Made by a program: the position numbers and the translations under genes. From an uncultured Clostridia bacterium (GTDB lineage Bacteria; Bacillota; Clostridia; Christensenellales; Borkfalkiaceae): DNA of 64,000 bases. Below the pieces are notes generated by a model. The model saw only the letters and a program-made list of their open reading frames with translations. It was not told the DNA's origin and did not search any database. The stretch spans positions 11,912-75,911 of the forward strand of contig CAYZOF010000002.1 of assembly GCA_964479935.1 (NCBI GenBank). Direction: 5' to 3'. Shown here in pieces: positions 47,609 through 56,800 of this stretch. Numbering within the stretch: the first letter of the stretch is position 1; the number at the start of each line of letters is the position of its first letter.

Positions 47609-48637
47609 ATGAAAGGATTTATAGAAAAAGTAAAGGCGTTTTTTGAGAAACATTCGTTTATGAAATGGCTTGCACCGCTCTTGGCGGTGGTTGTGATTGC
47701 TACGTCCGTACTTGTACCGATGGCGGCATGTAAAGACAAGAAACCGAGCAGCGGTGGCGTTACGATAGAAAACGGTATTGCGAAACTGAGTTTCAAATCG
47801 GCGGCAAATTACGAATATTTGAAAACGCTCGATAATACGACGGTTACGATCAGCGGTTATATGGCGAGCAGCTCTCCCGTGGACGGTTCGTTTATGTTTT
47901 TGATGAACTTGCCCTATCAAAGTTGTCCGTTTTGCGTGCCGAATACGTCACAACTCTCCAACACGTTGGAAGTATACCCTAAGAAAGGCGACGCATTCGA
48001 TTATACCACGCAGGCGATCAAAGTCGTAGGGACATTGAAAGTTGCGCCCAATGAAAACAAACCTTTCACGGATAAATACGGGTACGTGTTCAATTACAAG
48101 ATTACGGACGCTGAATATACGATTTTGCGTTCCGAAGACTTGTCCGAAGATCTTGCGCTTTGGTCGAAAATTGCCGATTCGGACGTCATCAACGATATTT
48201 ATACGATGTACGATTACGTGAACTTCACCTGCGCGTGGAATACTTATTTCTATAACTCCTATACGGATGTAGACGGCAACCTTGTACCCGGTTATTATCT
48301 GTATGCTTCCGACGCCGAATATTTGTTGACGACGGACGGAGCGCAGTGGAATTACGGCTATCAAGACGGCTATTTCGATAAAATTATCGCCAAAATTCAA
48401 TCCGTAGACGAAACGGCGTTTCAAGACTTAGTGGAAAATATAGAGAAAGCAAAGGCTCTTGCCGAAAAAGCCGTGAAAGAACTTTTGGACGGCAAATATA
48501 CTTGTCAGAAGCAATACGTGGAGAAATTCGATTGCGAGGACTGGATTTTTACATTGGACAAAGGGGAAGAATTGCAGGCAGAAATGAGCACAATTTACAG
48601 CGAATTTTCCAACTGGCTCGGCAGTTGGGAAATGTAA
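47609..48637 (+). CDS. lipoprotein with an OB-like CxxC domain, co-transcribed with the MacB-type transporter
   Basis: Signal peptide plus lipobox (VPMAAC). TISGYMASSSPVDGSFMFLMNLPYQSCPFCVPN is reminiscent of DUF3299-type ABC-associated proteins (from recall only). Confidence 0.7.
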   Translation: MKGFIEKVKAFFEKHSFMKWLAPLLAVVVIATSVLVPMAACKDKKPSSGGVTIENGIAKLSFKSAANYEYLKTLDNTTVTISGYMASSSPVDGSFMFLMNLPYQSCPFCVPNTSQLSNTLEVYPKKGDAFDYTTQAIKVVGTLKVAPNENKPFTDKYGYVFNYKITDAEYTILRSEDLSEDLALWSKIADSDVINDIYTMYDYVNFTCAWNTYFYNSYTDVDGNLVPGYYLYASDAEYLLTTDGAQWNYGYQDGYFDKIIAKIQSVDETAFQDLVENIEKAKALAEKAVKELLDGKYTCQKQYVEKFDCEDWIFTLDKGEELQAEMSTIYSEFSNWLGSWEM

Positions 48638-48704
48638 GGTAACGTCGTATCACATTGTCGTGCAATATTATCTAAAGTTTTAAAGGTAAAAAATCGGATA
48701 ACGG

Positions 48705-48731
48705 AAAGGGGCGCGTTTACGCGTCCTTTTT
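48705..48731 (+). terminator. rho-independent terminator after the CxxC lipoprotein gene
   Basis: AAAGGGGCGCG-ttta-CGCGTCCTTTT (11 bp including G-U pairs) followed by a T run. Confidence 0.65.
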
Positions 48732-48820
48732 CATAAGTCGTCGAAAAATGCTTGCATTTGCCGCATTTTTATGCTATACTGAATCAAAAATCGGCAAAAG
48801 CCGAAAAGAGGAACAATTGC

Positions 48821-49453
48821 ATGACGGAACACGAAAAGATGTTTGCAGGGAAGATATACGATCCGTTTACGGAAGGAATGCCGGAAGCGCGCATGAAAGC
48901 GCATAATCTTTGTAAACAATATAACGACACTTTGGAAACGGAAACGGAGAAACGGGAAGCGATTTTGAAGGAACTGTTGCCCGAACGCGGTGACGGCGTA
49001 TATTTGCAAGGTCCGATTTATTTTGACTTCGGTACGAATATTTCGATGGGGAAAGGGAGCTTCGCCAATTTTAACTTTATGGTATTGGACGAGGGAAAAG
49101 TACGAATCGGCGAGAACGTGTTTATCGGACCGAACGTATCGATGTTGACCGCAATTCATCCGCTTTGTTATCGGGATCGAAATAGTTTTTTCAATGCAAA
49201 AACGGGTGTTGTGACCAATTTGGAATATACGGGGGCGATTACCGTGGAAGACAATTGCTGGATCGCGGCAAACGTTACGATTTGCGGTGGCGTGACGATT
49301 GGCGCAGGGAGCGTTATCGGCGCAGGCTCGGTGGTGACGAAAAATATTCCGCCCGACAGTTTGGCAGTCGGAAATCCCTGTCGCGTACTTCGTAAAATTA
49401 CGGATGAAGATAGTCTTGCCAACCATCCGGAGCTGTTTGCCGATGAAAATTGA
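48821..49453 (+). CDS. maa: maltose/galactoside O-acetyltransferase family (left-handed beta-helix)
   Basis: Maa-type N-terminus MFAGKIYDPFTEGMPEARMKAHNLCKQYN, and hexapeptide repeats (IGENVFIGPNV, VTICGGVTIGAGSVIGAGSVV). Confidence 0.85.
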   Translation: MTEHEKMFAGKIYDPFTEGMPEARMKAHNLCKQYNDTLETETEKREAILKELLPERGDGVYLQGPIYFDFGTNISMGKGSFANFNFMVLDEGKVRIGENVFIGPNVSMLTAIHPLCYRDRNSFFNAKTGVVTNLEYTGAITVEDNCWIAANVTICGGVTIGAGSVIGAGSVVTKNIPPDSLAVGNPCRVLRKITDEDSLANHPELFADEN

Positions 49454-49524
49454 CGAGGCGGAGCGCGGTTAGCGCGATTTTTTCTTACTCAGCTCGAAAA
49501 ACGTAAAAAAATACCGATAAGCTA

Positions 49525-49553
49525 TTGCCAAAAGAGGATTTTTGTGGTATAAT
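49525..49553 (+). promoter_or_regulatory. promoter for upp (extended -10)
   Basis: TTGCCA (49525..49530) - 17 nt - TATAAT (49548..49553), preceded by TGg. Confidence 0.55.
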
Positions 49554-49594
49554 GATAATCGAATATATCAAAAATCGGATAAAGGAGTACATCC

Positions 49595-50236
49595 ATGAAA
49601 CAATATGACAATGTTGTAATTTTCGATCATCCTTTGATCAAGCATAAAATCGCGATTTTGCGCGATGAAAAAACTTCCACGAAGATTTTTCGGGAATTGA
49701 TCGAAGAAATTACTATGCTCATGACTTACGAGAGCTTCAAAGACGGCGTACCGACTACGGTAAAAGAAGTAAAGACCCCGTTGGAAGTCTGCAAACAGGA
49801 CGTCGTTGCGGACAACGCCGTAGTCATTGTTCCGATTCTGCGTGCAGGACTCGGCATGGTCAGTGGCATTCACAGCCTTTTTCCCAGTGCGAGAGTCGGG
49901 CATATCGGTATGTACCGCGATGAGGAAACTTTGGAACCGAAAGAGTATTATTGTAAGCTCCCGGACGGAATCGAGGACAAGTTCGTATTGTTGGTCGATC
50001 CGATGTTGGCGACGGGCGGTAGCGCGTGCGACGCGATCGGACTTTTGAAAAAGCGCGGTTGCAAAAATATTCGTTTCATGGCGATTATCGGTGCGCCCGA
50101 GGGCGTATCCAAGGTCGCAGAAACTTATCCGGACGTGAAAATTTTTGTATCCACGTTGGACAGACAGCTCAACGAAAACGGCTATATTTTGCCGGGCCTC
50201 GGCGATGCGGGAGATCGTTTGTTCGGTACGAAATAA
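49595..50236 (+). CDS. upp: uracil phosphoribosyltransferase
   Basis: PRPP loop VLLVDPMLATGGS and C-terminal GLGDAGDRLFGT. 213 aa. Confidence 0.95.
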   Translation: MKQYDNVVIFDHPLIKHKIAILRDEKTSTKIFRELIEEITMLMTYESFKDGVPTTVKEVKTPLEVCKQDVVADNAVVIVPILRAGLGMVSGIHSLFPSARVGHIGMYRDEETLEPKEYYCKLPDGIEDKFVLLVDPMLATGGSACDAIGLLKKRGCKNIRFMAIIGAPEGVSKVAETYPDVKIFVSTLDRQLNENGYILPGLGDAGDRLFGTK

Positions 50237-50303
50237 AACGACGACGGCGAATGTTTCGATATGCTCGCCGCTTGTCGTATAAAGAAAATAAGGAGTTCGT
50301 TTT

Positions 50304-50921
50304 ATGAAAATTATCACCGTCAGCCGCGAATTCGGAAGCGGCGGCAGGGAACTCGGAAAGCGTTTGTCGGACATTTTCGGGTTCGATTATTACGACAGAG
50401 AGATTATTACGGAGATTGCCGAAAGAGAAAAACTGGACGAGCGATACGTTGAAAAAACATTGGAACTCAGTTCCATGCCTAATCTGCCTTTTTCGTGCAG
50501 AAATTCGTTTTTGACATTGGGAACGCTTTCGCCGCAGACGGAGCTGCTTTTGGCGCAAAAACGCGTATTGGAAAAAATCGCGAAGTCGGGGAAAAATTGC
50601 GTGATCGTCGGTCGAAACGCCGACATGATCTTGCGCAACCATCAACCGTTTAATTTGTTTGTATGCGCGGATATGCAGGCGAAAATCGAGCGTTGTAAGC
50701 AACGCGCCGACCAAGCCGAAAATTTATCGGAAAAAGAAATCGAAAAACGCATCAAAACTATCGATAAGAATCGTATGAAAACGCGTGCGGTCATTAGCGG
50801 TAGCGGCTGGGGCGAACGTCAATTTTATAATCTTATCGTTAATACGACAGGCTGGGAAATCAAGCAACTCACGCCGTTGGTGGCGGCGTTTATCGAGCGA
50901 TGGTACGAGGTTCGTAAATGA
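50304..50921 (+). CDS. cytidylate-kinase-like family protein
   Basis: N-terminal ITVSREFGSGGRELGKRLS P-loop variant typical of this family. 205 aa. Confidence 0.75.
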   Translation: MKIITVSREFGSGGRELGKRLSDIFGFDYYDREIITEIAEREKLDERYVEKTLELSSMPNLPFSCRNSFLTLGTLSPQTELLLAQKRVLEKIAKSGKNCVIVGRNADMILRNHQPFNLFVCADMQAKIERCKQRADQAENLSEKEIEKRIKTIDKNRMKTRAVISGSGWGERQFYNLIVNTTGWEIKQLTPLVAAFIERWYEVRK

Positions 50922-52246
50922 CCATCCGTTTTTTCGATCATTTTACTTATAAAAAGCTCCTACGCTTTACTTTGCCGTCCATTTTGATGATGATTTTTAC
51001 CTCGCTTTACGGTGTCGTGGACGGCTTTTTCGTTTCCAACTACGCAGGAAAGGCGTCGTTTACGGCGGTGAATCTCATCTATCCGTTTACGATGGTCTTG
51101 GGCGCGGTCGGGTTTATGCTCGGCTCCGGCGGTAGTGCGTTGATTGCAAAAACGCTCGGAGAGGGGAACCGCGAAAAAGCCAATGCGCTGTTTTCGTTGT
51201 TCGTTTATCTTACAGTGGCGAGCGGTATCGTGCTCGGCGTTATCGGCACGGCGCTTGTGGAGCCTATTGCTCTTTTGCTCGGCGCGGAAGGCGAAGTGGT
51301 GGAGCTGAGCGCGACTTACGGAAAAATCCTGCTGTACGCGCTCCCCGTATATATGCTTCAATTTGAGTTTCAAACTTTCTTTTCCACGGCGGAAAAACCG
51401 CAAATGGGATTGTTCGTAACTATCGGCGCAGGCGTGACGAATATCGCTTTGGACGCATTGTTCATCGGCGTGTTTAAGTGGGGGATTGCCGGAGCGGCTT
51501 TCGCCACGGCGTTCAGTCAGGCGGTCGGGGGAATCCTTCCGATTCTTTACTTTTTCGGTAGGAACAATAGCTTGTTGCGTTTGGGGAAAACGAGTTTCGA
51601 CGGAAAATCTTTATGGATAGCCTGTACAAACGGCTCATCGGAGCTGTTGTCGCAAATTTCCATGTCGCTCGTGGCGATGCTTTATAACGCGCAATTGTTG
51701 CATTATGAGCCGGAAAACGGCGTTGCTGCGTACGGTGTATTAATGTACGTCAATATGATTTTCTTGTCTGCGTTTATCGGATATTCGATGGGCACCGCGC
51801 CCGTCGTCGGATATCATTACGGCGCAAACAATCGCGAGGAGTTGAAGAGCATTCGTAAAAAGAGCATGGTCATCGTCTGTGTAACTGCAATCGTAATGTT
51901 CGTTGTAGCGGAGCTTTTTGCCAAGCCGCTCGCATTGGTTTTTGTTTCTTACGACGAAGAGCTATTGCAACTCACTTTGCGCGCGTTTGCGATTTTCTCT
52001 TTCTCGTTTTTATTTTGCGGCGTGGGAATTTTCGGTTCTTCGTTTTTCACCGCACTCAACAACGGATTGGTCTCGGCAATCATCTCGTTTTTGCGAACGG
52101 TGGTATTTCAGATTGGAGCCGTTCTGTTGTTGCCGCTTGCGTTCGCTTCGGACGGCATTTGGGCGTCGGTCGTCGTCGGGGAATTTTTGGCTGCGGCGGT
52201 AGCCGTCGCGCTATTGATCGCCTGTCGTAAAAAATACGGATATTAA
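50918..52246 (+). CDS. MATE-family efflux transporter
   Basis: 442 aa, 12 TM helices, with a typical MATE N-terminus (LLRFTLPSILMMIFTSLYGVVDGFFV). Confidence 0.88.
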   Translation: MTIRFFDHFTYKKLLRFTLPSILMMIFTSLYGVVDGFFVSNYAGKASFTAVNLIYPFTMVLGAVGFMLGSGGSALIAKTLGEGNREKANALFSLFVYLTVASGIVLGVIGTALVEPIALLLGAEGEVVELSATYGKILLYALPVYMLQFEFQTFFSTAEKPQMGLFVTIGAGVTNIALDALFIGVFKWGIAGAAFATAFSQAVGGILPILYFFGRNNSLLRLGKTSFDGKSLWIACTNGSSELLSQISMSLVAMLYNAQLLHYEPENGVAAYGVLMYVNMIFLSAFIGYSMGTAPVVGYHYGANNREELKSIRKKSMVIVCVTAIVMFVVAELFAKPLALVFVSYDEELLQLTLRAFAIFSFSFLFCGVGIFGSSFFTALNNGLVSAIISFLRTVVFQIGAVLLLPLAFASDGIWASVVVGEFLAAAVAVALLIACRKKYGY

Positions 52247-52258
52247 AAGTTTATAAAA

Positions 52259-52287
52259 ACGCGGTTCGAGGAAAAATCGAACCGCGT
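52259..52287. terminator. bidirectional terminator between the convergent MATE and RNase-lipoprotein genes
   Basis: Perfect ACGCGGTTCGA-ggaaaaa-TCGAACCGCGT with an A tract upstream and a T tract downstream. Confidence 0.75.
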
Positions 52288-52300
52288 TTTGTGCGTCAGT

Positions 52301-53737
52301 TTAATATTTTCGGTAATCGTAGTAATAATCGATTCGTGCGTCGGCGAGCAACGGATAATTTGTCAACGAATCGAACACGACTTCGACATAGTCGGTCGGG
52401 TTGTAGTTTTTCTTGCTGGAAATCGTACCTCCGCCCGTGATATTTCCGAATTTTTCTCCCCAACCGCCTTCATAGTTCAAATATTCTTGAAAATCGTTGT
52501 AGTGATTATACGTGTAGAACACGTAAAATTCGCCGAGTTCGTATATGCCGTTATGGTTTAGGTCTTCTTTCCCGTAGACGATTCGCGCCGCACCGCGTGT
52601 AATTTCGTATCCGTCGTTGTAAAGCTCTGCCTTATAGCTCGGGTCGCAATCGGTACCGGTCGTGCCGATATCCAACTCATAATAATGCAAGTCACCTCCG
52701 CAACCGCTGATGTTCGGTAAAATAGGCTCGTACGGGTACTGCGACGTATCACCCGAAAAAGCCGTGTGATTTACCCGTAAGTACTCGCCCCAAATGCTTT
52801 TGGTCGGTTTTGCATTTTTGGACGCCGTATAGTTGACCGGCACGTCCCCGAAAGCGTATATATAAGCCGCTACTTCTTCCAAATCGATGTACGCGCCGCC
52901 TTTGTATACGCGAAACGCTTCCTGCCCGTACGCATCTACGACCGTATACTCTCTTCCGTCCTCGCTCAACAACATGTCGCTGTTCCGCACGTATTTCCCG
53001 TTTACTTTCGGTTGATAAGAGGAAATTGTCGGTGCTTGGTCGGGCGTTTCGAGCGTTCCCGACATAAACCCGTGCAGACTTCGATAATACGCGTCGTCCG
53101 CGTCTTTTGCCACTTCGTAACTATCATAGAACTCCTTGGAGGAAACATCTGCGTAGGGATCTTCGCTCCCGTCGGGAAACAGATCTTCCGAGGAGAGCTC
53201 GTAATCGATTAACTGCGAATTTTTATCGAATTCGATCACGCCTTTGTAATTCTTGATCGAACCTGAAACCCAAATATAATCCCCGACGCCGATCAAATTC
53301 GCGCCTGCACCCGTCAATTGATAGCAATACATGGAACGGCTTTGCGGCTCGTCTACGTCGAAATAGAGGCAAATGCCTTTAGAGGGCGTATATTTGATGT
53401 CGATTTCCGTCACCACGCCGCCGAGCTCGTATTCACCGTCTAACGCCTCGCCGTTTTTCAGCGCGTAGGCATCGTTTACGATTTCTTCGTATTCGTTTTC
53501 TTCGATTTCGGAGCTACTCGAGCTACTCATCTCGGAGCCAACGTCGGGAGTGGAGGTCGAAGACTCGTTTTCAACGCTGTCAGATGCGCTAATTTCGGAC
53601 GAGAAAGATTCCGACGAAGAAATACTCGAGGTGGAGCTATCGCTCGAAGTTTCGCCCGTGGAAACGGTTTCGCATGCCGTAATCGCAAAAATAAGAGCGA
53701 ACGCGCTAAGCATAGTCAATTGTTTTTTAATTTTCAT
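52301..53737 (-). CDS. secreted lipoprotein: Ser-rich linker + OB-fold module + barnase/T1-type ribonuclease domain
   Basis: Lipobox FAITAC. OB-like module MYCYQLTGAGANLIGVGDYIWVSGSIKNYKGVIEF. The RNase domain (aa ~285-420, nt 52478..52885) has barnase-like catalytic contexts HYYELDI (Glu), TRGAARIVYG (Arg) and YTYNHYNDFQ (His). Confidence 0.75.
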   Translation of the reverse strand: MKIKKQLTMLSAFALIFAITACETVSTGETSSDSSTSSISSSESFSSEISASDSVENESSTSTPDVGSEMSSSSSSEIEENEYEEIVNDAYALKNGEALDGEYELGGVVTEIDIKYTPSKGICLYFDVDEPQSRSMYCYQLTGAGANLIGVGDYIWVSGSIKNYKGVIEFDKNSQLIDYELSSEDLFPDGSEDPYADVSSKEFYDSYEVAKDADDAYYRSLHGFMSGTLETPDQAPTISSYQPKVNGKYVRNSDMLLSEDGREYTVVDAYGQEAFRVYKGGAYIDLEEVAAYIYAFGDVPVNYTASKNAKPTKSIWGEYLRVNHTAFSGDTSQYPYEPILPNISGCGGDLHYYELDIGTTGTDCDPSYKAELYNDGYEITRGAARIVYGKEDLNHNGIYELGEFYVFYTYNHYNDFQEYLNYEGGWGEKFGNITGGGTISSKKNYNPTDYVEVVFDSLTNYPLLADARIDYYYDYRKY

Positions 53738-53764
53738 AAATAACCTTCTTCCTTTGTCTATAAT

Positions 53765-53793
53765 AGTATAACAAAAAATGAAGGGGAAGTCAA
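53765..53793 (-). promoter_or_regulatory. separate promoter for the RNase-lipoprotein gene (minus strand)
   Basis: Minus strand: TTGACT (53788..53793) - 17 nt - TATACT (53765..53770). Confidence 0.5.
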
Positions 53794-53798
53794 ATGAA

Positions 53799-53828
53799 AA
53801 GAGCCGCTCCGTAAAAGGAGTGGCTCTT
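53799..53828 (-). terminator. hairpin terminator after the 1200-aa lipoprotein gene (minus strand)
   Basis: On the minus strand: AAGAGCCACTCC-ttttac-GGAGCGGCTCTT (one mismatch) followed by ttcattt. Confidence 0.5.
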
Positions 53829-53846
53829 AAATTCCGAATTATTCGA

Positions 53847-56800
53847 TTATTCGTTCGTTTCGGTTGTCGTTGCGGTTGAGTAGGTTACTTCAATCGAATT
53901 CAAACGAACCTGTGCTTTAAGCTTAGCAATTTCAAATTTATCGACGGAAGCCGTAAACGTCACCGTAACAACTGATCCGTTTAACTCAAAATCATAGTCA
54001 TCGGATTCGGTGATAGAATCTTTTAATTCTGTTGCATAACTACTGTTATTACAATTGAAAACGATTTGCGTCATTCCTTTGCAGTCAATAATAATTTGGC
54101 TTGAGGCATAGCATTTTACAGGATTATAAGCATCGGCAACATCAGTTTTAGAGGCACTCTTGTTGTTTGTAAGGGTTACAGCACCGTAGGTCCACACCTG
54201 CGAATTGCTATCTTGAGATTTACGATTCGTTTTGTCAGCGAACGAAAGGGTTACGGTTTCTTCGTCTGCTTTAGGAGCGGCAGAAACTTTCACGCTAAAC
54301 GTTTTGCTAAACGAAGTTTCGCCAAGCTTAAGCGTAGCGGTAATCGTTACAAACGTCAGTTCTTCGGGCAACGTATAGGTAATCTTACCGTTAGCATTGT
54401 CGACAACCGCGCAATCCTTATCGGTAGCATAGCTGATAGCGACGTCCGTGTAGGTCGTGCCTGCGATAGCGACCGTTTCATCGCCAGCCGCCTTGATTTC
54501 CGTATTTAACGTTAAACTGAAAGATTCAATAACAAGTTTATAGATAGGGGCAATGGTTTCATTTGCGGTGCATTCTATGACAGTAGCGTTTTTTGCCCGT
54601 ACGTCGGTATATTTACCGATAACGGTCAAAAGCTTAACGGTGTCACCAACAACGGGTTTCGTTGCCATACTGTCATAACGAGTATTATTTTCGTCATACA
54701 AACCATAAACATAGAAGATATTGCCGTTTTCGTCTGCGATATAGCAATTACCGTATGTTGTACTTGCCAATTTTACAATCGTACCACTGATATAATATTT
54801 CTCGGTGGTATAGTTATCTTTTGAAAACGTATTAGCCTTTTCGATAGCTTCGGGAATGGTAAGCGTGGTATATTCGGTAGGCGTAACGGGTGTATCCGTA
54901 TTGTCGCCACTTTCCGATCCGCCTTGGTTGCCACTGTCCGTGGTGCTTTCTGCGTAGAAGTTGCAGTGAATGTTTTCGGAAGCTTTTACGGGACTAACCG
55001 ATGTATAGGTACCGTAAGTACCGATTGTATAAGCCGTATCGTTTACAGTCGTACGCAATTCGCCCGTTTCGCTGTCAATCGTGTAGACGGTAGAAGCGGT
55101 GATTTGATATTTAACGTTTACGTATGTATCGCTTGTAACGATATTGACATACGTTTTTTGCTCCATCGTACAGTAGAGGTAGTAACCGCCTTCGGTTTGT
55201 TCCAAATAGAAATCCAAAGCGTCGGCAACGGTATCCGTAGTTGCAAAATAGTAGGTATTTACCATTGCGCCCGTGAGATAATAAGTTTTTCCGGACTGCA
55301 CCATACCGAATTTATAAGCTGTACCTACTACGGGAGCGGTAACAACGCTGTACGTTTTGGTATCGGTGTTGTCGCCCGTGTTACCTTCGTCGCCGCCGGT
55401 CGTATCTCCACCGGTGCTGCCTTCGCCCAAAGTAACTTGGATAGCGGTGATTTTTACTTGACCTTTCTTTTCGTCACCGGTATTGCCTACACCGAATGTA
55501 ACAGAGCTTGCATTTACGGTATAAACTTCATCGGAAGCGATTTGCGTTTCACCGCAAGTAAGGATACCGGTATTCTTTACGGCATAAGTAATTTTCACGC
55601 TACCGATCGAGCCGCTTGCAACGGAAATCGTTAGGGTTGCGGATTCGGTTTGATAAATACGCCAGTCTTCGCCGTTGGTGTAATATTTACCTGTATTCAA
55701 GCTATAATCGCCGACAGCCGTACCGCTAACGGTCAACGTAACGCCTTTGTTGGTGATGGTCGTATAGCTTTTCGAGTCTTCCCAATTATTAGCGTCTGCC
55801 CAATCTGCAATCGTGAAACCTTTCGTGATGTCGAGGTCGGTGGTTTCGCCGCTGTCGCCGCCGGTAGAACCGCCTTCGCCTTCGGTGTAGCTGTCAAGGC
55901 TGCAACCGCTTCCGAATTCGACTGTACCCTTGAAGTTCATGAGCGTACCTGTAACGGTGATGGTGTCGCCGATCTTGATTGCGTCTGCGCCCGTACCTTT
56001 TAAACGATAACATTGGATAGATTTGCCTTCAACGTCGATAGTAACGGTTACGTTGCTGTATTCAGAACTGTAAGGGGTGTTCACGTTCGTGATTTTACCT
56101 GTAAGCGTGTATTCGCCGAGCGTTTCGCCTGCCGCAAGATTGAATGCCGCGTTGACGATCTCGCTTGCGCTTGCATTTGCCGCAGGAGCAACCGTTTTAG
56201 GACCGAGCGTCAAGGTGAACGTTTTCGTGTCGGTCTTCTCGCCGCAAGTAAGGGTAGCCGTAAGGGTAACGGTCGTTTGCGCTTCGGGAATGGTAAGCTT
56301 CAACGCACTGCCGTCTACCTTTGCGCATGCTTCATCGGAAGACGTCCAAGCAATTTTTACGTCGGGATAACGTTCGTCGTATGCGGTGAGCTCTACCGTC
56401 TGGTCGAGGGTATATTTTGCCTGAACGCTCAAAACTTCTTTAATCGCCGCGAATTTCGTTTCCGCAGAAACGGAATCCGCAGAAATCATTTCCGCAAGAC
56501 CGCCGACAAAGGACTTTGATGCATAAGAAAGTAAAGAAGAACTAATAGTATTTTTCGTATCATAAGATCCTAAATAGAGAGTTTTTTCGGTATCGGTAGT
56601 TGAAGATTGATCATTAGTGGAATGCGCCGCGATAGTCGTCGTAATCGTATTATATTCACTATTCCAAACGAATTTGCTTACAGGATTACCGGAAAATTCG
56701 GGGTTATAGGACCAGCTATTCTTTGTCGAGTTCCAAGACTCCACAACGCCGATGTACATTTTCGTATTCGTACCGTCAAAGAAGTACGGATAGAATTCCG

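Noticed and set aside
52289-52561. 90-aa plus-strand ORF at the 3' end of the RNase gene, considered as a possible barstar-like immunity gene
   Set aside because: It lies antisense within the RNase coding region and the terminator, is hydrophobic and Val/Ile-rich rather than acidic, and has no RBS.
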